A DNA stretch of 62,924 bases, counting the filler, from Pelomyxa schiedti (taxonomy: Eukaryota; Protista; Evosea): assembly GCA_020536535.1 (NCBI GenBank). It is 9 parts of 9 records of this genome, joined end to end, with 100 filler letters (N's around TTAATTAATTAA, not from the genome) between each part and the next. Parts side by side here need not be neighbours in the genome. Positions count along the whole stretch, not along the records: positions 60,663 to 62,924 come from JAHLWZ010002050.1; 8 more parts are not named here. One strand, written 5' to 3'. Shown one piece after another: positions 61,265 to 62,924 of this stretch (position 1 is the first letter of the stretch; the number at the start of each line of letters is the position of its first letter). Made by a program: the position numbers and the translations under genes. The notes below the pieces were generated by a model. It saw only the letters and a program-made list of their open reading frames with translations, made no database searches and was not told where the DNA came from.

Positions 61265-61359
61265 GTTCAGTAGCCCCACAGGATTTCGATCCCCTAGACT
61301 TACGCATTTTGCGTGTGTTGTTCAGACGCGTTGAACGCCCAAACAAGCGCAACCCGAAC
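61265..61359 (-). ncRNA. Candidate structured small RNA, copy A (95 nt)
   Basis: Closing stem GUUCGG/CUGAAC, the same three hairpins with different sequence, then TTTTT. Confidence 0.6.
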
Positions 61360-61384
61360 AATTGAAACTAGATGGGGGTGATGT

Positions 61385-61894
61385 CTATCCATGCAACCTA
61401 TTTGCAGCAGGTACCAAGACGCTTCCCCGCAGTGTGATGTCCCTTGTCTGCCAGTTATGCAATGTCCATTCTGTGTTTGCTGGTGGTACCCACCCTAAAT
61501 CCACCTGACCGTTGCATGATTGTAACACCACACTGTAAGGGCCCAATACACAGTACAGTGCAATACAGTTTAATGCATGATAAGTAAGTGGTAAGGGAAT
61601 GATAGTCAAAATCGCAGGTCGGTCCCGAGCCAATTGTGGGCCCCTCACAGTCACAATAGTCCTCACCTTGTTCTTGAAGGCGTACTCCTGGCTGTCCACC
61701 ATCACGACTCGCCCCCCACCCCCAGGCGAGCCACACGAAAATGACAACGAGAAAGGAGTCGCTGGCGCTGTGGTGTCTCGTACAGGCGGCGCCGGGGGGC
61801 GTGCGCCGCACTTGGCGAGTAGTGTGTGCGAAACGGCATGTGCGACGAGGATGATGAGAAAAGTCCCAAGGATGGCGAGGGCGACGCCGAACAT
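61385..61894 (-). CDS. Hypothetical protein with N-terminal hydrophobic segment
   Basis: ORF with a TM-like stretch and a probable intron; start unclear. Confidence 0.3.
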   Translation of the reverse strand: MFGVALAILGTFLIILVAHAVSHTLLAKCGARPPAPPVRDTTAPATPFSLSFSCGSPGGGGRVVMVDSQEYAFKNKVRTIVTVRGPQLARDRPAILTIIPLPLTYHALNCIALYCVLGPYSVVLQSCNGQVDLGWVPPANTEWTLHNWQTRDITLRGSVLVPAANRLHG

Positions 61895-62924
61895 TTCGCT
61901 GGTGGTGTTATTCCCAATTTGTGACTGACTGACCTCCGCAGGGTGGCCTGTGATCAGTGCCGGGAATTAACAGCCATCCCTTTCTTTTTGTGTGTAAGAC
62001 GAATGGGTGCCAGCTCCTGTCGAGGAGACCAAGCCCGACCACGCCGAAACCGCGAACACCTCCTACGACCAGTAGTGCACTCGACGAACAGGCACCACCT
62101 GGATTAGTTGCTCTCACTGCGTCGGCAGTGGGCATACAAGACTTCCCGGACGCACCTACATCATTTACCGTCCCTGGGCTACTCTTGAGACCGTTACAAA
62201 TGGAGTGAAGCAATTCATCAAGTTCTCGCTTTCACAGTAATTTAACAAACGGTTTGGAAAGCAGAATCCAAACGCGTCGCAGACAAGAACAGCACCATTT
62301 TTGGGGGTCAAATAACTCTAATTTCCTTTTTTTTTTCGACACCACCAAAAATCGTACTTTTGTTGTTGACAACAGATTGTACTTTTTACTGGAATCTGTT
62401 CCGAAGGATAAGGAAAAAAAATGTTTAGAACCGGATCGACGGAAAGAAAAGGTGATTCCATGTATTTTGAAACAGGAAACTGTTAGACCTAACAGTCAAT
62501 TCGTATTTTTTATGGTGTGTTTTTGTGTTATACCTAGTTGTAGCACTGGGTGGTTTGATAATTTTGTTTCTATGTTTTTTGTATACAACATGTTAGAGTT
62601 TTGTGTTGTATTCGGACTTTTTCTATGGTGCCATAAATTGTTGTGGTAATACTTTTGAAAGGTTATTTCAACAACCATGCTTAAAGCACAGTAGAAGGTG
62701 TGTTGTAACAACACCTTCTTCTCTTCTCTACCAGACACAAGCACTTGCTTGTGTTTCTGTTGGTTGTTTTATGGGAAAAGTACAATCTGTCCAGTGGTGA
62801 CCAGTAAAACTCAGATTTATCTGCTGAAATTGACCGGTTACCACCAACTTTTGTATTTTCAACCTTCCTCAGACTCAGTTTTGAATGGGAACCAGGGGAA
62901 ACCTTGACCACAACCACAAGCTAC

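Noticed and set aside
61265-61310. Canonical initiator tRNA-Met gene
   Set aside because: Only the T-loop and 3' acceptor resemble it. There is no CAT anticodon loop or complementary 5' acceptor strand, and copy B lacks the T-loop.
62512-62560. THAP-like start MVCFCVIPSC
   Set aside because: No downstream W, CxxHF or AVP motifs recovered.

Overview
Eukaryotic, very gene-dense DNA with many short (mostly about 40-55 nt) GT-AG introns, so the ORF track is fragmented and the genes were rebuilt by hand-splicing. Gene content and lineage-specific motifs suggest an amoebozoan protist, possibly Pelomyxa-like (inference, not verified). The window is nine segments joined by eight artificial 100-nt spacers (44N-TTAATTAATTAA-44N), so adjacency across spacers means nothing. 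The two long segments (1-29355 and 40949-60562) carry housekeeping and signalling genes: RPF1, PABP, an F-box/TMEM185-like protein, a RING-Bbox-CC-RCC1 protein, UBE3D-like, PAP2 phosphatase, HAD-IIA phosphatase, a TKL kinase, RPL37A, TRA2-like, a Rim2/SLC25A33-36-like carrier, a Sel1-repeat protein, MRD1/RBM19, a CDKN3-family phosphatase, myosin-I, TFIIB-like, ABP1/drebrin-like, CDC50 and an ankyrin protein. The short segments hold gene fragments and repeats: a decayed RAG1/Transib-type transposase, a poly(A)-tailed element, a foldback element and a hairpin-repeat array. The best candidate for an undescribed system is a minus-strand cluster of structured small RNAs at about 60690-61360. It contains two 95-96-nt paralogs that keep the same three-hairpin fold through compensatory and G-U changes, end in oligo-T, and share a repeated 3' motif with two further units; one paralog has a DUSE-like upstream element.
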